Notes: generated from the letters alone by a model not told the origin. DNA of 64,000 nt from an uncultured Gammaproteobacteria bacterium (GCA_963778855.1 CAVZWC010000004.1:117309-181308); one strand, 5' to 3'; shown: positions 49,202-58,863, counted from the first letter of the stretch. Numbers and translations: made by a program.

Positions 49202-52200
49202 CGCTCGATCGTGTAGACGAGGTCGGCGCTGCGCGCATAGCCGGCCTCGGTCTTGAGCGTCCACCTGTTGCCGAGCGTGTAGCGCATCTTGAAGGTGTTG
49301 ATGGCCTCGGCGAGGCTCACGCCATAGCTGACGTAAAGGCGCGGCGACAGGTAGCGGCCAAGCACGAGCGAAGTTTCGTTGTTGAGGTCGGACTCGACGC
49401 TGACGTCGCTGATGCCGACCTTGCTGCCGAACTGCTGGAACAGCATCGCACTGCCCTGCATCAGGGCGAGGTCCTTGCCCTGCTGCGAATCGCTGGTGTT
49501 CTGGACGCTCTCGAGCGACCCGCCGGCGAGCAACAGCGAGACGATCTGCGACTGCGACACCGGTGGGTCCGAGAAGAAGGTCAGGCGGGGCTGGCGCAGC
49601 GTGCCGCGCACGTTGACGCCGGCCCTGATGTCCGGGAACTGCTTGACCGCGCGCAGGTCGATCGCCGGGTCGTTGAGCGGACCATCGCGGAACTGCAGGC
49701 GGCCGAGCTCGATGTCGAGCTTGCGGCCGTAGGCCGTGTACTTGCCTTCCTCGACCTTGAGCTCGCCGGTGCCGCGGTTGAAGCCGGAGTCGTCGGCCAC
49801 GACGCGCAGGCTCCCGCTCAGCCGCCCGACCAGGCCGAAGGTGTCGATCGTCACGCGCTCGCCGAGCCGCAGCGTCAGGTCGCTGAAGACGTGGAAGCCC
49901 TCCTTCGCCGGCGCCTGGTTGGCGGAGACGATGACCTCGTCGCTCGAAGTGCGCGCGGCGTTGGCCAGCTGGTCGGGGCGCAGCAAGCGCCCGTAGGGCA
50001 GCGTGACGGTGCCGGTGATGTCGATGCGGTGCCCGTCGAGCTTCATCGTCACGTCGGGTGAAGCCTGCACGCGCGCTTCCGGCAGGTTGATGATCCGCAG
50101 GTTGTCCCCGGTCAGGTGCAACTGGCCGTAGGGCAGGGAATCGCGCCAGGTGAGCTGGCCGCTCAGCCGCCCGCGACCGTCGGCGCCGGCGCGGGCGCTG
50201 CCGTCGAGCTGCAGCACCGGGCCGTTGAGTCGCGCGGCGAAATTGAGCTCGCGCAGGGCGAGGTTCACCTGGTAGGCGTCGACCTCGGCGTTGCTGAGGC
50301 GCAGCTCGCCGTTGAACTCCGGCGCGGCCAGCGTTCCGGCCACGGTCAGGTTGGCGTTGAGCTGGCCGGCGACGCGGTCGACCATGGCGACGTAGGACTC
50401 GATGAAGCCGAGCGAGTGCGTCTCGAGCTTGAGCTCGCCCTGCAGCGGCCAGCTGCCGGAGATGGTCCCGGGCCCGTGTGCCTGCATCCGCCCGACGATG
50501 TTGCCGGCGGCGCCGGCCTCGAGGCCCACGCTGCCGACGAGTCCCGCAGAGTCGAGCTTCAGCTGCACATCGCCGTTGCCGAGATTGAAGATTTCAACGC
50601 GTCCGCTCGTGAGGCGATGGCGCACGCTGGCCTCGGCGAGCGCGCCGATGAACGATGCCGTCCACGGCGCACCGGCCGGAGCCTGCGCGCGCAGGTCCAG
50701 CGACACCTGCCCGTCAAAGGTGGTGTCCGTGGTGAGGCCGGCAGTCAGCGCCCGCAACGGCACGCGCGCCGCGTTGAGCTCGAGCTCGCTACGGCCGAGC
50801 TCGTGCTCGCCGGCGGCGCAAAAAGCCGCGACCGCATCGCGCAGGCACAGGCGCTCGAGCCGCAGCAGCTGGCCATCGAGGGCCACCATCGCCGCGGCTG
50901 GTGAGGCCAGCTTCAGGTTCATCTCGGCGCCATCGCTGGCGGTGAATTCGCCAAACTGCGCGTGCCAGGCGCCTTGCGCGAAGCTGGCCGTGCCGCCGGC
51001 GTGCAGCGCCACCGGCGCGGCGTCGAGGTCGAGCGCGAAGCGGTGCGCGGCGGCGGTGCCGGTGGTGCTGAAGCGCAGGTGATCGAAGCCGTGATCGGCC
51101 AGGCGCAGCCCGGCGAGGTTCAAGTTGGTCGTGGCGTGCCCGCTGCCACCGGGGTCGAAGTCGATGCTGGCCTCGAGCGCGTGCAGGCTCGATGCGCCGT
51201 AGGCCAGCTCGCTGCCGCTCACGTGGGCGCGCACCACGGGATTGAGCTCATCGCCGCCGAGCTGGCCCCCGGCGCGGACGCGGCCGCTCGCGCCGACCTG
51301 CAGCAGCGCAAGGTCCGGGGTGTCGAGCGCGAAGTGCAGGTCCGGGTGCGCGCCGAGCCGCCCGTCGGCCTCGATGCGCGTCTCGCCGAGCTGCAGGCGC
51401 ACGTCCTGGAGCAGCCAATCCTCGCCCGACAGCGCGATGCCGGCGTGCCCGCTGGCGTGCCGGCCACGCACGGCGCCACTGATCTCGCTGACGCGCACCT
51501 GCAACGGGTGCCTCGGTCCCTCGTTGTGGCCTTCGGCGGCGACGTTGAAGTTGAGGTGGCCGTCGATCCCGGGCCGCAAGTGGGCGACGTCGAGGCCGCG
51601 CATTGCGCCGCCTGCCGACCAGGCCACTTGCGGTGACCAGCGCACCTCGCCATGCAGCTGCGCGTGGCCGCCGTAGGCCTCGACGGTCGCGGCCGGGATC
51701 TCCACGCCGTCGTGCGCCAGCCGTCCTGCCGCCTGGAATTGCAGCGAGTGCCCGGCGTAGGGCAGCAGGTCGCCCTCGGCCGTGAGCGCGTAGGGCTTCA
51801 GGCCCGCAAGCGTGTAGCTGCCCGCGTTGCTGCGGACCAGCGGCGCGGCCTCGGCCAGTGGCCAGCGGAACAATTGCCAGCGACCCGAAAGCTCGAGCCG
51901 CGGCCCGCCCTCGACGATGCCGACGGTGCCGGCGGTGCTGAGCTGCACGCCGTAGGCACGCTGGCGCAGCTGCAGGTTCGCGATGCTGAGCACGTGCGCG
52001 GCGTAATTGCCGGCGAAATCCACCGCCAGCGGCCCGGACTTGAGCCCGGCAGGGGTCAGCTCGCCGCTGGCCGAGAAGCCGTGATGATTGCCGCTGAGCC
52101 GCAACTCGCCACTGACCTTGCCGAGCGCGTCGCCGACGCCCCAGGGGCGCAGTTCAAAGCTATGCACCTGCGACAGGCCCTGCCAATGCCAGTCGCCGGC

Positions 52201-52938
52201 CAGCGCGCTGGCCGCGCCGTGAAAATCGGCCCTGAACGGTTCGAGCAGTACCGCGTTGATCCCGAGCCGGTCCAGGTCGCCATTGATCTGGCCGTCGACC
52301 AGCCAGGCGGGCTGCGCGGCCGCTTCGCTGGTGACCCGCAGTTGCGCGTGCATGCGCAGCGCGGCGGTTGCGTGCAGCACCCCGGTGGCGTGCACCACGA
52401 AGCCCGAGTAGTGCAGCGTGCCGTCGAAGACGCGGATCTCCCTGGCGCCGAGCTGGGCGGCGATGCTGAGCCGGTCGGCCTCGACGCTCGTGCCGCTGGG
52501 CGCGACGATCGCGGCGTGGCCGACCTCGACCCTCGCAAGCTCGATGCCGAGGAGCCCGGCGAGGAAGTGAGGTTGCCACGGCTCGCCGGCCGGGCCGGTA
52601 TGCGGCAGCACCTCGACCCGAACGTTGCCGAGCTCGAGCCGCGAAACGCGGATCGTCTGCCAGAGCAGCGGCAGCAGCGTGACGCGGCCGTCGATGCCGG
52701 TCACGATCACGCGCACGCGCTCGTGGTCGACCTCGACGCGATCGGCGTGCAGGCCGCCGTGCAACGTGCCGCGCGCGCCGCTGATCGCCAGCGTGACCGG
52801 GCCGAGGCGCCGGCTGGCCAGCGACGCCAGTCGCTGCAGCCCGCTCTCGGTCCAGCCGGCGTAGTAGATGCCGAGCGTGGCCAGCAGCGCCAGCGCCACC
52901 ACCAGGATCCACGAGGTATGCAGCAGGCGGCGGATCAT
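49198..52938 (-). CDS. tamB: Translocation and assembly module subunit TamB
   Basis: Intact 1246-aa ORF with an N-terminal signal-anchor, a long beta-rich body, and a DUF490-type C-terminus (..LGRYLSPRLYVSYGVSL..TLKTEAGYARSADLVYTIER). It overlaps the tamA stop by 4 nt. Confidence 0.92.
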   Translation of the reverse strand: MIRRLLHTSWILVVALALLATLGIYYAGWTESGLQRLASLASRRLGPVTLAISGARGTLHGGLHADRVEVDHERVRVIVTGIDGRVTLLPLLWQTIRVSRLELGNVRVEVLPHTGPAGEPWQPHFLAGLLGIELARVEVGHAAIVAPSGTSVEADRLSIAAQLGAREIRVFDGTLHYSGFVVHATGVLHATAALRMHAQLRVTSEAAAQPAWLVDGQINGDLDRLGINAVLLEPFRADFHGAASALAGDWHWQGLSQVHSFELRPWGVGDALGKVSGELRLSGNHHGFSASGELTPAGLKSGPLAVDFAGNYAAHVLSIANLQLRQRAYGVQLSTAGTVGIVEGGPRLELSGRWQLFRWPLAEAAPLVRSNAGSYTLAGLKPYALTAEGDLLPYAGHSLQFQAAGRLAHDGVEIPAATVEAYGGHAQLHGEVRWSPQVAWSAGGAMRGLDVAHLRPGIDGHLNFNVAAEGHNEGPRHPLQVRVSEISGAVRGRHASGHAGIALSGEDWLLQDVRLQLGETRIEADGRLGAHPDLHFALDTPDLALLQVGASGRVRAGGQLGGDELNPVVRAHVSGSELAYGASSLHALEASIDFDPGGSGHATTNLNLAGLRLADHGFDHLRFSTTGTAAAHRFALDLDAAPVALHAGGTASFAQGAWHAQFGEFTASDGAEMNLKLASPAAAMVALDGQLLRLERLCLRDAVAAFCAAGEHELGRSELELNAARVPLRALTAGLTTDTTFDGQVSLDLRAQAPAGAPWTASFIGALAEASVRHRLTSGRVEIFNLGNGDVQLKLDSAGLVGSVGLEAGAAGNIVGRMQAHGPGTISGSWPLQGELKLETHSLGFIESYVAMVDRVAGQLNANLTVAGTLAAPEFNGELRLSNAEVDAYQVNLALRELNFAARLNGPVLQLDGSARAGADGRGRLSGQLTWRDSLPYGQLHLTGDNLRIINLPEARVQASPDVTMKLDGHRIDITGTVTLPYGRLLRPDQLANAARTSSDEVIVSANQAPAKEGFHVFSDLTLRLGERVTIDTFGLVGRLSGSLRVVADDSGFNRGTGELKVEEGKYTAYGRKLDIELGRLQFRDGPLNDPAIDLRAVKQFPDIRAGVNVRGTLRQPRLTFFSDPPVSQSQIVSLLLAGGSLESVQNTSDSQQGKDLALMQGSAMLFQQFGSKVGISDVSVESDLNNETSLVLGRYLSPRLYVSYGVSLAEAINTFKMRYTLGNRWTLKTEAGYARSADLVYTIER

Positions 52939-54767
52939 AGTTGCGGGGAGATGTTGATGTGCAGGCGCGGGCCAGGAAGCGTCGCGAACCCCGGGGCGCG
53001 CACTGCCTTGGCGATGTCGAAGCCGACCGTGACCACCGGCAGGCGCCAGCGCAGTCCAACGCCGACCGACGCGGCCAGCGGCTCACCCAGGTTGTTGATG
53101 GCGTTACCGAAGTCGGTGAAGGCCGCGATGCCCATCAGCCGCGGCAGGTTCCGCACCACCTCGACCGTGCCCGTTATCAGGTGCCGGCCACCGACCCGGA
53201 CCTGCGAGCCGTCGGGCGCGGTCTGCACCGGCGAGAGCGAGTTGTAGGAGAATCCGCGCACGCTCCGGTCGCCGCCGGCATAGAAGCGGAAGGTGCCCGG
53301 CAGGTCCTGGAAATCGCCGACCGCGCTGGCGCCGACCTCGCCGCGCAGGAACAGGTGCCAGTGCTCGGTCATGTTGAGCACGCGCTCGGAGCGCATGTCC
53401 AGGCGCAGGAAGTTCGAGTTCGAGCCCAGCACGTGGTTCGAGCCGATCAGCTCGGCATACAACGTGTGCGAAAAAAGTTCCTCGCCCAGGTAGCCCTGGG
53501 GCACTGAGGCATAGGTGATGCCCGGCACGATCAGGTCGTCGACCACGTGGCCGTTGACCGCGTCGTCGGTGATGGTATGCATGAAGGCCATCGACAGCAC
53601 ACGCTGCCAGCGGCCGAGGTTCTGCGTGACGCTCGGCGTCACCGAATCCTCGTGCGTGTCGACCGCGCTGCTGGTCTTTTCCGACTGCGTCAGGAACTGC
53701 ACCGAAAACTTCTCGAGCACCGGATCGCCGAATGGAATGTCGTAGCGCGCGTTGAGGTTCTGGCCGATCTCGGAAACCTGCAGCCACACGCGCAGCCGGT
53801 GGCCCTGGTCGTTGACCAGCGGATTGAGCCAGCTGATGGTGCCGCGCACGCCGGTGTCGGTGCCGTAGCCGGCGCCAAAGGAATAGGTGTTGCGCGCGCG
53901 CTTGCCGCTGATGTTGATCGGCACCACGTGTTTGACCGGGTCGCGCTCGCCGGTGGCGACCTCGACGCCGGCGAAGAAGCGGCTGTCGTCGAGCGCGAAC
54001 TGCGTGCGCAGCAGCTTGCCCGCGTCGAACGGGTCGCCTTCCTGGTAGCGCAGGTAGCGGCGCAGCTGCGACTCGCGGATCGAGGCCTGCTCGAGGGTGG
54101 TGGGGCCGAACTTGTAGCGCTCGCCGGTCTCGAGCTCGAAGAAGGCGCGCGCCTGGCGCTGCTGCGGGTCGACCTGCAGCTCGTTGCGCAGCAGCCGCGC
54201 GTCCAGGTAGCCGAAGGTGACCGCCGCCGATTGCAGGTCCGACTTGGTCCTGTCATAGGCGGCGTGCTCGAGGCGCTTGCCCTTGATGAGCGCCGGCGCG
54301 GCGATGATGCGCGTGAACACCGAATCGGTGGCGCCGGGGCCGTGGACCAGGATGCTGACCTCCTCGACCAGCACCGGCTCGCCCGGGCGGATGTCGATCT
54401 GCACGCGCCAGTTGCGGTGGTTGGCCTCCTCGGTCAGCGTCGACTGCACGATCGGGCTGTAATAGCCGTAGGGCTTGAGTGCGTCGCGCACCTCGCTGTC
54501 GACGCGACGGTAGAGCCGCTGCACCGCGTCTGGCTCGATGCGGTCGCGATCCTTGTAGCGCTCGAGGCTCAGCAGCGCGAGCACGTTGCGCCTGAGCGTG
54601 GCGTCGACGCCGTTGACCTCGACGCGGATCGCGGCCGCGGCCGGCAGCGCCAGCGCCGCCAGGCCCGCCAGCGCCAGCCACGGCAGGCTGGTGCGTACCC
54701 CGGCGCGGCGGTGTTGCGGGCCCATGACTGTGGGAGCGGCGCGCCCGCCCGGGGTTCCGTGCCTCAC
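52935..54767 (-). CDS. tamA: Translocation and assembly module outer-membrane subunit TamA (Omp85 family)
   Basis: Intact 610-aa ORF with a signal peptide, POTRA-like repeats and an Omp85 barrel (..FYAGGDRSVRGFSY..). An internal ATG at 54725 is an alternative start. Confidence 0.9.
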   Translation of the reverse strand: MRHGTPGGRAAPTVMGPQHRRAGVRTSLPWLALAGLAALALPAAAAIRVEVNGVDATLRRNVLALLSLERYKDRDRIEPDAVQRLYRRVDSEVRDALKPYGYYSPIVQSTLTEEANHRNWRVQIDIRPGEPVLVEEVSILVHGPGATDSVFTRIIAAPALIKGKRLEHAAYDRTKSDLQSAAVTFGYLDARLLRNELQVDPQQRQARAFFELETGERYKFGPTTLEQASIRESQLRRYLRYQEGDPFDAGKLLRTQFALDDSRFFAGVEVATGERDPVKHVVPINISGKRARNTYSFGAGYGTDTGVRGTISWLNPLVNDQGHRLRVWLQVSEIGQNLNARYDIPFGDPVLEKFSVQFLTQSEKTSSAVDTHEDSVTPSVTQNLGRWQRVLSMAFMHTITDDAVNGHVVDDLIVPGITYASVPQGYLGEELFSHTLYAELIGSNHVLGSNSNFLRLDMRSERVLNMTEHWHLFLRGEVGASAVGDFQDLPGTFRFYAGGDRSVRGFSYNSLSPVQTAPDGSQVRVGGRHLITGTVEVVRNLPRLMGIAAFTDFGNAINNLGEPLAASVGVGLRWRLPVVTVGFDIAKAVRAPGFATLPGPRLHINISPQL

Positions 54768-55690
54768 TGCGGGGCGACGAGCGCGGTGCCCGTAACGCGC
54801 AGGTACCAGGCGTCGACCAGGCGACGCGCGATCGAGTACGGCGGCGGCAGCACGCGCGGCGCGCCGGCCGCGAGCTCCGCGGCGCTGAACCAGCGCGCGT
54901 CCTCGAGCTCGCCGTCGAGGTGCAGCGGCCCCGCGCTGCTGGCCGTGGCGTTGAAGCCGAGCATCAGCGAGGAGGGGAACGGCCAGGGTTGCGAGGCGTA
55001 GTAACTGACCGAGCTCGTGCGCACGCCGGTTTCCTCGAGCACCTCGCGCGCGACCGCGTCCTCGAGGCTCTCGCCGGGCTCGACGAAGCCGGCCAGGGCC
55101 GAATACCGGCCCGGCGGCCAGGTCGGCTGGCGCCCCAGCAGCGCACGCTCGCCGTCGCTGACCAGCACGATCACGGCCGGGTCGAGGCGCGGGAAGAATT
55201 CACTGCCGCATTCGCTGCTCGTGCAGCGCAGGCAGTGGCCGGCGTGGCGCGGCGCCGTCGGCGCGCCGCAGACCCCGCAGTGCTGGTGGCGGGCACGCCA
55301 GACCAGCAGCGCGCGGGCGCAGGCCAGTACCGCGGCCTCGGCCGCCGGCAGCTCGGTCAGCAGCGGGCGCAGCTCCTCGAGTTGCGTGCCCTCAGGCAGG
55401 GCGGGTGGTGCGGTCAGCGCGTCGAGCAGCACACAGCGCGCGCCCTGGTACCAGCCGAGCAGCACCAACTGGCCGGCGTCGGCGTCGCGCACCAGCGGAT
55501 GGCCGGCGTCGAGGAAGGCGATCCCGGCGCCCGGCCCGTGCCGCACCAGGTGCAGGGTGCCGATCGACAGCAGGTAGCGAGTGCCCGGCTCGGCCGCCGC
55601 GCGTGCCGCCCAATCGGCCTCGCTGCGCGATTCCGAGCGGCGGTCGAGCCAGGCGCCTGTAAAGGGATTCTGGCCGGCATCCGCCGTCAT
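54764..55690 (-). CDS. nudC: NAD+ diphosphatase (NADH pyrophosphatase) NudC
   Basis: Intact 308-aa ORF with a zinc ribbon (CGVCGAPT..CLRCTSSEC) and the Nudix box GFVEPGESLEDAVAREVLEETGV. It overlaps the tamA start by 4 nt. Confidence 0.9.
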   Translation of the reverse strand: MTADAGQNPFTGAWLDRRSESRSEADWAARAAAEPGTRYLLSIGTLHLVRHGPGAGIAFLDAGHPLVRDADAGQLVLLGWYQGARCVLLDALTAPPALPEGTQLEELRPLLTELPAAEAAVLACARALLVWRARHQHCGVCGAPTAPRHAGHCLRCTSSECGSEFFPRLDPAVIVLVSDGERALLGRQPTWPPGRYSALAGFVEPGESLEDAVAREVLEETGVRTSSVSYYASQPWPFPSSLMLGFNATASSAGPLHLDGELEDARWFSAAELAAGAPRVLPPPYSIARRLVDAWYLRVTGTALVAPQ

Positions 55691-55741
55691 CGGGCCACCG
55701 CTTGCATGGCCCGATATTATCAGCAGGCGGCGGGTGGGCTC

Positions 55742-56383
55742 CTAGGGCCTGCTCAAGCCGGGGCCCCGCCGGCCTCCGCGGCGGCCGACGGCGCAGGCCG
55801 CCTCGCGCTCGAGGCCCACCGGCGTGCACAGGGCGCAACGCGCGGGGCGCAGAGCCAGAGAATCGACGACCAGCAGGGCCCCGCAGCCCTGGCATTCGCC
55901 CAGGCGCAGCTCGCCGCCGCGGGCCAGCGCGTTGACCAGCAGCACGGCATGCTCGAAGCCGATGCTCGGAGTTCCGAGCAGCGCACGATAGGCCTCGTAG
56001 GCCTGGCACAAGGTACCGGCGCGGCCGACGCCGTGTCCCGGTGGTGACGACGGCATGGGCCACGCGTCGCCGATTGCGGTCACGTGGCCAGGGCCGGGCT
56101 CGAGCAGGCCAGCCAGGCAGCACAGGGCGGCCAGCGCCCCAGCCTCCTGCCGCAGGCGGGTGGTGCGCATGAAGAACGTGGCCTGCTGCGGCGACTTGCC
56201 GCGATGGCGTGTCAGGCCGCGGCCGCCCCCCTGCAGGTAGGAGCGGTAGAGCTTGCGGATGCGATCGTCGCTGAGCCCGGTCCAGAGGCGGATCGTGCGC
56301 GTGCGCGCCTCGTGGCGGATGAATTGCATGGCCACGTCGAGCCGCAGGCGGTCGCGGCTGTAGCGGTCGTCGGAGATGCGCAT
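55742..56383 (-). CDS. FlhC-family-like transcriptional regulator (non-flagellar context)
   Basis: The ATG at 56383 gives 213 aa. DVAMQFIRHEARTRTIRLWTGLSDDRIRKLYRSY parallels FlhC [33 protein letters not shown]. A C-terminal four-Cys knuckle (CQGC-x15-CALC) has FlhC-like spacing. The rest of the 474-aa ORF in the track is an artefactual upstream extension. Confidence 0.6.
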   Translation of the reverse strand: MRISDDRYSRDRLRLDVAMQFIRHEARTRTIRLWTGLSDDRIRKLYRSYLQGGGRGLTRHRGKSPQQATFFMRTTRLRQEAGALAALCCLAGLLEPGPGHVTAIGDAWPMPSSPPGHGVGRAGTLCQAYEAYRALLGTPSIGFEHAVLLVNALARGGELRLGECQGCGALLVVDSLALRPARCALCTPVGLEREAACAVGRRGGRRGPGLSRP

Positions 56384-56423
56384 CGTGGGCCTCGCTCGCC
56401 GGTTCTCCGGCTTGTTGGTAGAA

Positions 56424-56441
56424 TTGGGATAAATATCCCAA
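56424..56441. promoter_or_regulatory. Perfect palindrome TTGGGATA-AA-TATCCCAA in the divergent promoter region
   Basis: Read directly. It has 8-bp arms and a 2-bp spacer, lies in the AT-richer 120-bp spacer between the FlhC-like gene and the divergent 193-aa gene, and is roughly central. Confidence 0.5.
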
Positions 56442-56503
56442 ATTACGCGCTGGCGTGCCAGAGCCTGCGGCGGTGAATATCGCACCGGAATTGCGAGGAA
56501 CAC

Positions 56504-57085
56504 ATGACCCAGGCCAGTAATCCGACCGTCGAGGCGCCGTCCAACCCGCTGGCAGAGCTCAACGCCGGGATCCTCGAGGTCCTGGCCGGGGGCAGCGCGG
56601 GCCTGCAATGGCAGTGGCGCGCGCTCGGCGAGGTGGCGCGCGCGCGCCTCGCGCAATGCCCCTACCTGCTGGCTGACGCCGGCTTCGCCGATCCGCGGCG
56701 GTGGGCCACGCTGCCGCGCGCGGGCGTCCACGAGGCGCAGCCGCCCGAGGCCGGCGAGGCGCAGCGCTGCGTGCTGCCGACGCCGCTGCTGCGACGAGTG
56801 CTGCTGTACGCCTGGCACCTGGCGCGCGTCAGCCCGCTGGCTGCGCGCATGACCCTGGGCATGGGCGAGCGCTGCCTCGGCGTCGTCGCCGCCTGCCGCT
56901 TCGCCGACCTCGAGGCGCTGGCGGAGCGGCGCCCGCCCTGGATCCGCGCGCGCTGGGCCGAGCGGCCGGAACTGTGGCGCGCGTGGCTGGCCGCGGGCGC
57001 GCTGGAATCGCCGCTCGAGCTTGAGCTCATGCAGTTGTGGGGCCTGCAGATGATCGCCGCCGACCTCGCGCGCCGGGGCCGCTGA
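56504..57085 (+). CDS. Hypothetical protein with a possible FlhD-like helical segment
   Basis: 193-aa ORF with GAGGAA upstream of the ATG. The segment AWHLARVSPLAARMTLGMGERCLGVVAACRFADLEALAERRPPWIRARW can be threaded on FlhD [49 protein letters not shown]. This is weak and from memory only. Confidence 0.4.
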   Translation: MTQASNPTVEAPSNPLAELNAGILEVLAGGSAGLQWQWRALGEVARARLAQCPYLLADAGFADPRRWATLPRAGVHEAQPPEAGEAQRCVLPTPLLRRVLLYAWHLARVSPLAARMTLGMGERCLGVVAACRFADLEALAERRPPWIRARWAERPELWRAWLAAGALESPLELELMQLWGLQMIAADLARRGR

Positions 57086-57134
57086 ACGCCGTCGGCCGGC
57101 GACCCACGCCCGGTATGCGATAATCCGTCCCAGA

Positions 57135-58058
57135 ATGCAGGCATTGTCGATCCGTGGCCTCACCAAGACCTATCGCAATGGCGTCCAGGCGCTGCGCAGC
57201 GTCGACCTCGACGTCGAGCAGGGCGATTTCTTCGCGCTGCTGGGCCCGAACGGCGCCGGCAAGACCACGCTGATCGGCATCATCACCTCGCTGGTCAACA
57301 AGACCTCCGGTACCGCCAGCGTCTTCGGCTATGACCTCGACACGCAGCTCGAGCGGGCGAAGTCCTGCATCGGCGTGGTGCCGCAGGAGCTCAACTTCAA
57401 CCAGTTCGAGAGCCCGCTGACGATCGTCATCAACCAGGCCGGCTTCTACGGCATCCCGCGCCCGGTGGCGCGCGTGCGCGCCGAGAAGTACCTGCGCCAG
57501 CTGCAGCTCTGGGACAAGCGCAACGGCATGGCGCGCGGCCTGTCGGGTGGAATGAAGCGGCGTCTCATGATCGCGCGCGCGCTCATGCACGAGCCGCGGC
57601 TGCTGGTGCTCGACGAGCCGACCGCGGGCGTCGACATCGAGATCCGCCGCTCGATGTGGGAGTTCCTCAACGACATCAACGCCCGCGGCACGACCATCAT
57701 CCTGACGACGCACTACCTCGAGGAGGCCGAGAACCTCTGCCGCAACATCGCCATCATCGACAACGGCCGCATCGTCGAGCGCGACCGCATGAGCAACCTG
57801 CTGCGCGGGCTCCATACCCAGACCTTCGTGCTCAACCTGCGCCACCCGGTGGCGGTGGCGCCGCAGGTCGCCGGCTTCGAGGTCATCCGTGTCGACGACC
57901 ACACGCTCGAGGCCGAGGTCTCAAAGGAGCAGAGCCTCAACGGCCTGTTCGCGCAGCTCGCGGCGCAGGGATTCGACGTGCTGTCGATGCGCAACAAGGT
58001 CAACCGGCTCGAGGAAGTGTTCATGCGCCTGGTGGAGCATCGGGGGAACGGTGGCTGA
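57135..58058 (+). CDS. ABC transporter ATP-binding protein (YadG-like, ABC-2 exporter type)
   Basis: Intact 307-aa ORF with Walker A GPNGAGKTT, signature LSGGMKRRL and Walker B LLVLDEPTAGVD. Confidence 0.9.
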   Translation: MQALSIRGLTKTYRNGVQALRSVDLDVEQGDFFALLGPNGAGKTTLIGIITSLVNKTSGTASVFGYDLDTQLERAKSCIGVVPQELNFNQFESPLTIVINQAGFYGIPRPVARVRAEKYLRQLQLWDKRNGMARGLSGGMKRRLMIARALMHEPRLLVLDEPTAGVDIEIRRSMWEFLNDINARGTTIILTTHYLEEAENLCRNIAIIDNGRIVERDRMSNLLRGLHTQTFVLNLRHPVAVAPQVAGFEVIRVDDHTLEAEVSKEQSLNGLFAQLAAQGFDVLSMRNKVNRLEEVFMRLVEHRGNGG

Positions 58059-58863
58059 GGGCGCACCGGCCGCTGGTGGCGCGCTGCCGTCGCTGAACGC
58101 GGCCCGCTGGACGGGCTTCATGACCATCGTCATCCGCGAGTACAGCCGCATCATCCGCATCTGGGGCCAGACGCTGGTGCCCTCGGCCGTCACGGCGATC
58201 CTTTACTTTGTGATCTTCGGCAGCCTGATCGGCCGGCGCGTCGGCCGCATGGACGGCTTCGAGTACATGCAGTACATCGCCCCGGGTCTGATCATGATGT
58301 CGGTCATCACCAATTCCTACGCCAACACCGTGTCCTCGTTCTTCGGCGCCAAGTTCGGCAAGCACGTCGAGGAACTGCTGGTCTCGCCGCTCCCCAACTG
58401 GATCATCGTCGCCGGTTACGCCACCGGCGGGCTGCTGCGCGGCCTCATGGTCGGCGGCGTGGTCACGCTGGTGTCGCTGGTGTTCGCGCACCTGCCGGTG
58501 CACCACCTGGCGCTGATCGTCGCCGCGGTGCTGCTGACGGCGATGGTGTTCTCGCTCGGCGGCTTCATCAACGCCGTGTTCGCCAAGAACTTCGACCAGG
58601 TCAACTGGATCCCGGCCTTCGTGCTGACGCCGCTGACCTACTTCGGCGGCGTGTTCTACTCGGTGTCAATGCTGCCGCCGTGGGCGCGCACGCTCTCGCA
58701 CGTCAACCCGATCCTGCACATGGTCAACGCCTTCCGCTATGGCTTCCTGGGCGTCAGCGACGTCCACGTCGTCGGCGCCTTTGCCATCATGGTCGGGCTC
58801 GTGGCGGCGTTGTTCCTGGTCGCGCTGTGGCTCATGGATCGGGGGGCCGGAATCAGAGACTGA
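58051..58863 (+). CDS. ABC-2 type transporter permease (YadH-like)
   Basis: The GTG at 58051 overlaps the ATPase stop. It shows near-colinear similarity to E. coli YadH as recalled (IRIWGQTLVP..YFVIFGSLIG..FEYMQYIAPGLIMMSVITNSYANTVSSFFGAKF..VLTPLTYFGGVFYS..NPILHMVNAFRYGFLG). Confidence 0.85.
   Translation: MAEGAPAAGGALPSLNAARWTGFMTIVIREYSRIIRIWGQTLVPSAVTAILYFVIFGSLIGRRVGRMDGFEYMQYIAPGLIMMSVITNSYANTVSSFFGAKFGKHVEELLVSPLPNWIIVAGYATGGLLRGLMVGGVVTLVSLVFAHLPVHHLALIVAAVLLTAMVFSLGGFINAVFAKNFDQVNWIPAFVLTPLTYFGGVFYSVSMLPPWARTLSHVNPILHMVNAFRYGFLGVSDVHVVGAFAIMVGLVAALFLVALWLMDRGAGIRD

Noticed and set aside
55742-57166. 474-aa ORF as listed in the track
   Set aside because: Only the last 213 codons (from the ATG at 56383) look like a real protein (FlhC-like). 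The upstream 261 codons run antisense through the divergent 193-aa gene and its promoter region.
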